Shown here piece after piece: positions 58,540-61,504 of a stretch of 61,504 bases of DNA. The notes beneath the pieces are model-generated. The model was not told where the DNA came from. It did no database searches and was given only the letters and a program-made list of their open reading frames with translations. The stretch lies in assembly GCA_947258615.1 (NCBI GenBank), contig CAMYIX010000075.1, positions 1 to 61,504 of the forward strand, in the 5' to 3' direction. Each line of letters starts with the position of its first letter. Position 1 is the stretch's first letter. A program made the translations under genes and the position numbers. The stretch comes from an uncultured Ectothiorhodospiraceae bacterium. Its GTDB lineage: Bacteria; Pseudomonadota; Gammaproteobacteria; UBA9214.

Positions 58540-59367
58540 TTACTTGCGATAACGGCGTCTGACAATCATGTTGTCGGTACGCTTGTTCTTGCGTGTACGG
58601 TAGCCCTTGGTCGGTGTACCCCAGGGGCTGACCGGATGACGCCCGCCGGCGGTACGGCCTTCACCGCCGCCGTGGGGATGGTCAACAGGGTTCATGGCGA
58701 CACCACGAACGGTCGGCCGCACACCGCGCCAGCGCTTCGCCCCGGCCTTGCCCAGCGAACGCAGGTTATGTTCAACATTGCCTACCTCGCCGATAGTCGC
58801 GATGCAGTCCGCCGGCACCTTGCGCATCTCGCCGGAGCGCAGGCGCAGGGTGGCATTATCGCCTTCGCGCGCCACCAGCTGGACACCGCTACCGGCACTG
58901 CGGGCAATCTGTCCGCCCTTGCCCGGCTTCATTTCAATGTTGTGCACCAGGGTACCCACCGGGATGTTGCGCAGCGGCATGGCATTACCCGGCTTGATCG
59001 GTGCATCGCTGCCGTTGCGGATCTCGGCACCCGCCTTCACGCCCTTGGGGGCCAGTATGTAGCGGCGCTCGCCATCGGCGTAGAGCAGCAAGGCGATATG
59101 GGCCGAACGGTTGGGATCATATTCGATGCGTTCCACCCTGGCCGGCACGCCGTTCTTGTTGCGCTTGAAATCGATAACGCGATAACGCTGCTTGTGGCCA
59201 CCGCCGCGGTGCCGCGTGGTAATACGGCCCGTGTTGTTTCTGCCGCCGCTCTTCGACTTGGAAGAAACCAGCGCGGCATGCGGCTCACCCTTGTGCAGGT
59301 CCGGCGTGGTCACCTTGACGACGAAACGGCGTCCGGGCGATGTTGGCTTTGTTTTAATGAGTGGCAT
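58540..59367 (-). CDS. rplB: 50S ribosomal protein L2
   Basis: 275 aa, [17 protein letters not shown]...[15 protein letters not shown]...[13 protein letters not shown]... Confidence 0.97.
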   Translation of the reverse strand: MPLIKTKPTSPGRRFVVKVTTPDLHKGEPHAALVSSKSKSGGRNNTGRITTRHRGGGHKQRYRVIDFKRNKNGVPARVERIEYDPNRSAHIALLLYADGERRYILAPKGVKAGAEIRNGSDAPIKPGNAMPLRNIPVGTLVHNIEMKPGKGGQIARSAGSGVQLVAREGDNATLRLRSGEMRKVPADCIATIGEVGNVEHNLRSLGKAGAKRWRGVRPTVRGVAMNPVDHPHGGGEGRTAGGRHPVSPWGTPTKGYRTRKNKRTDNMIVRRRYRK

Positions 59368-59399
59368 AATTCAAACCCTTACGGCATCCGGCAACGGGG

Positions 59400-59696
59400 C
59401 TAGTCCGTTCCCATGAAATCAATTTCGTGCCCTTCAGCCAGGGTCACGTAGGCCTTTCTCCAGTCCGCGCGCTTGCCGAGCGTCTGACCAAAGCGCTTGA
59501 CCTTGCCTCGCACATTGGTGACCTGCACGCCCTTGACCTTGACGTCGAACATCAACTCCACGGCCTGGCGAATTTCAGGCTTGCTGGCATCGGGCAGCAC
59601 CTTGAAAACATACTGGCTGTTGGCGTCCGCGATCCGGGTGCTCTTCTCGGACACCAGCGGACTCAGCAGGACCTTCATCAAGCGTTCCTGGTTCAT
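59400..59696 (-). CDS. rplW: 50S ribosomal protein L23
   Basis: 98 aa, [20 protein letters not shown]... Confidence 0.97.
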   Translation of the reverse strand: MNQERLMKVLLSPLVSEKSTRIADANSQYVFKVLPDASKPEIRQAVELMFDVKVKGVQVTNVRGKVKRFGQTLGKRADWRKAYVTLAEGHEIDFMGTD

Positions 59697-60304
59697 GCCA
59701 GTCGCTCCTCTATCTGTTTGAGCGCTTGCGCGGTCATCAGCACCTTGTCAAAACCGACCAGGCTGACGGGATCGGCATTTGCCGCATCACACACAGCAAC
59801 CTTGGGCAGGTTACGGGCGGCCAGGTACAGATTGTCGTCCGGTGCATCGGAGACGATCAGGACATTTTCCAGCCCCAGCTCGTTCAGCTTCAGCGCCAGT
59901 GTCCTGGTCTTCGGCGCATCGACAGCGAACTCGTCGACAGCAACCAGGCGTTCCTGGCGCACCAGCTCGGACAGGATCGAACGCATGGCCGCGCGGTACA
60001 TTTTGCGGTTGACCTTCTGGGCATGGTCCCGCGGGATACTGGCGAAGACCCTGCCGCCACCGCGCCATAGCGGACTGCGGATGGTGCCGGCACGCGCCCG
60101 CCCTGTGCCCTTCTGGCGCCACGGCTTGGTACCGCCGCCGCGCACCTCGGAACGTGTCTTCTGCTTGACCGTTCCTGCACGCGCACTGGCGAGACATGCC
60201 GTGACCACCTGATGTATCAGGGCTTCCTTGAATTCCTGGCCAAAGGTCTCATCGGAGACCTGCACCTTGCCTGAACCGCCGCCTTGCAACTGTAATTCCA
60301 TCAT
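59693..60304 (-). CDS. rplD: 50S ribosomal protein L4
   Basis: 203 aa, ...[30 protein letters not shown]... Confidence 0.97.
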   Translation of the reverse strand: MMELQLQGGGSGKVQVSDETFGQEFKEALIHQVVTACLASARAGTVKQKTRSEVRGGGTKPWRQKGTGRARAGTIRSPLWRGGGRVFASIPRDHAQKVNRKMYRAAMRSILSELVRQERLVAVDEFAVDAPKTRTLALKLNELGLENVLIVSDAPDDNLYLAARNLPKVAVCDAANADPVSLVGFDKVLMTAQALKQIEERLA

Positions 60305-60311
60305 GCCACTC

Positions 60312-60953
60312 CTAACGTGCCTTTACTGCCGGGCGGATTATGACATCACCGCCCTTGGCACCCGGCACTGCGCCCTTGACCAGCAGCAGATTACGTTCAG
60401 TATCCACACGCACGACCTCGATATTCTGGGTGGTGCGGCGTACATCGCCCATGTGACCGGACATCTTTTTGCCCTTGAACACACGACCCGGCGTCTGACA
60501 CTGGCCGATTGAGCCGGGAGCGCGGTGCGAAATCGAGTTGCCGTGGGTGGCATCCTGCATATGGAAGTTGTGACGCTTGACCGTACCGGCGAACCCCTTG
60601 CCGATCGAGGTACCCGTCACATCGACGCTTTGCCCTGCCTCGAACAGGTCGACCTTGATCTCGTTACCGACCTCGATTTCCTCGCCTTCACCCTCGTCCA
60701 GGCGAAACTCCCACAGGCCGCGTCCGGCCTCGGAACCGGCCTTGGCGTAGTGACCGGCCAGCGGCCGGGTCACGCGCGAGGCGCGGCGTGTGCCCGTCGT
60801 CACCTGCAAGGCACGGTATCCGTCGCGCTCGACGGTCTTCACCTGGGTAACGCGGTTCGGTTCGACCGAAATAACGGTCACCGGCACAGAGACACCGTCA
60901 TCCTCGAAGATGCGCGTCATTCCCGCCTTGCGTCCAACAATTGAAATAGTCAT
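60312..60953 (-). CDS. rplC: 50S ribosomal protein L3
   Basis: 213 aa, [28 protein letters not shown]... Confidence 0.97.
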   Translation of the reverse strand: MTISIVGRKAGMTRIFEDDGVSVPVTVISVEPNRVTQVKTVERDGYRALQVTTGTRRASRVTRPLAGHYAKAGSEAGRGLWEFRLDEGEGEEIEVGNEIKVDLFEAGQSVDVTGTSIGKGFAGTVKRHNFHMQDATHGNSISHRAPGSIGQCQTPGRVFKGKKMSGHMGDVRRTTQNIEVVRVDTERNLLLVKGAVPGAKGGDVIIRPAVKAR

Positions 60954-60978
60954 TTCTGTATTCCCGTCGTGCCTGGCC

Positions 60979-61290
60979 TCAGTTCAGCTTGATCTGGACA
61001 TCGACACCCGCGGCCAGATCCAGCTTCATCAGGGCATCAACCGTCTTGTCCGTAGGATCAACGATATCCATCAGACGCTTGTGAGTCCGGATTTCGTACT
61101 GGTCACGCGCATCCTTGTTAACGTGCGGCGATATCAGCACGGTAAAGCGCTCCATCTTGGTGGGCAGGGGGATCGGTCCCCGCACCTGCGCACCCGTGCG
61201 CCTTGCAGTCTCGACGATCTCGGCCGCCGATTTATCGATCAATCGATGATCGAAGGCCTTGAGACGTATCCGGATTCTTTGGTTTGCCAT
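60979..61290 (-). CDS. rpsJ: 30S ribosomal protein S10
   Basis: 103 aa, [34 protein letters not shown]... Confidence 0.97.
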   Translation of the reverse strand: MANQRIRIRLKAFDHRLIDKSAAEIVETARRTGAQVRGPIPLPTKMERFTVLISPHVNKDARDQYEIRTHKRLMDIVDPTDKTVDALMKLDLAAGVDVQIKLN

Positions 61291-61404
61291 AATATTTGTT
61301 TCGCTGTTAATACTGCATCCGCATGAGCGGCCTGTTGCCGCTTAATTCGCGCCTGCACCCGATCAAGCGCCGGGCATAAACAAGGCGCTCCCGCACTTGA
61401 TTGC

Positions 61405-61504
61405 CTACTCGATGATCTTGGAGACCACGCCGGCGCCCACGGTACGGCCGCCTTCACGCACCGCAAACCGCAGACCCTCTTCCATCGCAATCGGCGCAAT
61501 CAGC
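61405..61504 (-). CDS. tuf: Elongation factor Tu, C-terminal fragment; 5' end lies outside the window
   Basis: The reverse complement reads ...[32 protein letters not shown], with the TAG complement at 61405-61407. It sits upstream of rpsJ, as expected. Confidence 0.9.
   Translation of the reverse strand, partial: LIAPIAMEEGLRFAVREGGRTVGAGVVSKIIE

Noticed and set aside
61291-61404. S10 operon leader (L4 attenuator), and similarly the rpsM leader at 50589-50769 (S4 pseudoknot)
   Set aside because: The positions are right by analogy with E. coli. However, I could not verify the required secondary structures by eye, so no feature was called.

Overview
High-GC chromosomal segment with gammaproteobacterial gene order, made almost entirely of conserved core genes. 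All homology calls come from reading the supplied translations and from memory of the families; no searches were run.

Layout, left to right:
- 1-4.7 kb: PBP5/6 tail, class IV aminotransferase, SRPBCC protein, an orphan ORF, then a lexA-sulA operon with two tandem SOS boxes, divergent from ispG.
- 4.8-9.1 kb: frameshifted DUF481 outer-membrane protein, a tiny Ala-rich secreted protein behind a sigma-54-type promoter, an MlaC-family protein and a B12-binding radical SAM enzyme.
- 9.2-13.3 kb: a visibly lower-GC stretch of orphan genes (2-TM protein, Cys-less HMA-like protein, PilZ protein, Cys-rich secreted protein). It ends at the 3' end of a tRNA-Thr(UGU) gene.
- 13.4-40.3 kb, all minus strand: SPOR-coaX-birA, argJ, secA, an M23 peptidase, a plus-strand DUF721 gene, lpxC, and the complete dcw cluster (mraZ-rsmH-ftsL-ftsI-murE-murF-mraY-murD-ftsW-murG-murC-murB-ddl-ftsQ-ftsA-ftsZ). 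Many junctions are ATGA-coupled, and a clear Pmra promoter with an MraZ operator sits upstream.
- 40.7-45.6 kb: ssb, a YajR-like MFS transporter and uvrA.
- 45.6-47.6 kb: a translationally coupled SRPBCC / PSCyt1 cytochrome c lipoprotein / DUF62 SAM-hydrolase trio.
- 47.7-61.5 kb: the alpha, spc and S10 ribosomal protein operons, ending in the tuf 3' end.

No CRISPR array, rRNA, transposase or integrase was seen.

Most notable observations:
1. secA, ddl and secY each appear to carry an internal out-of-frame deletion, and the DUF481 gene has a frameshift. An assembly or scaffold-gap artefact is the leading explanation, but it needs checking.
2. The tRNA-Thr-adjacent low-GC orphan block.
3. The unusual coupled SRPBCC-cytochrome-DUF62 operon.

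I found no recognisable defence or other named novel system. The candidate novelty rests on orphan genes whose function cannot be read from sequence alone.
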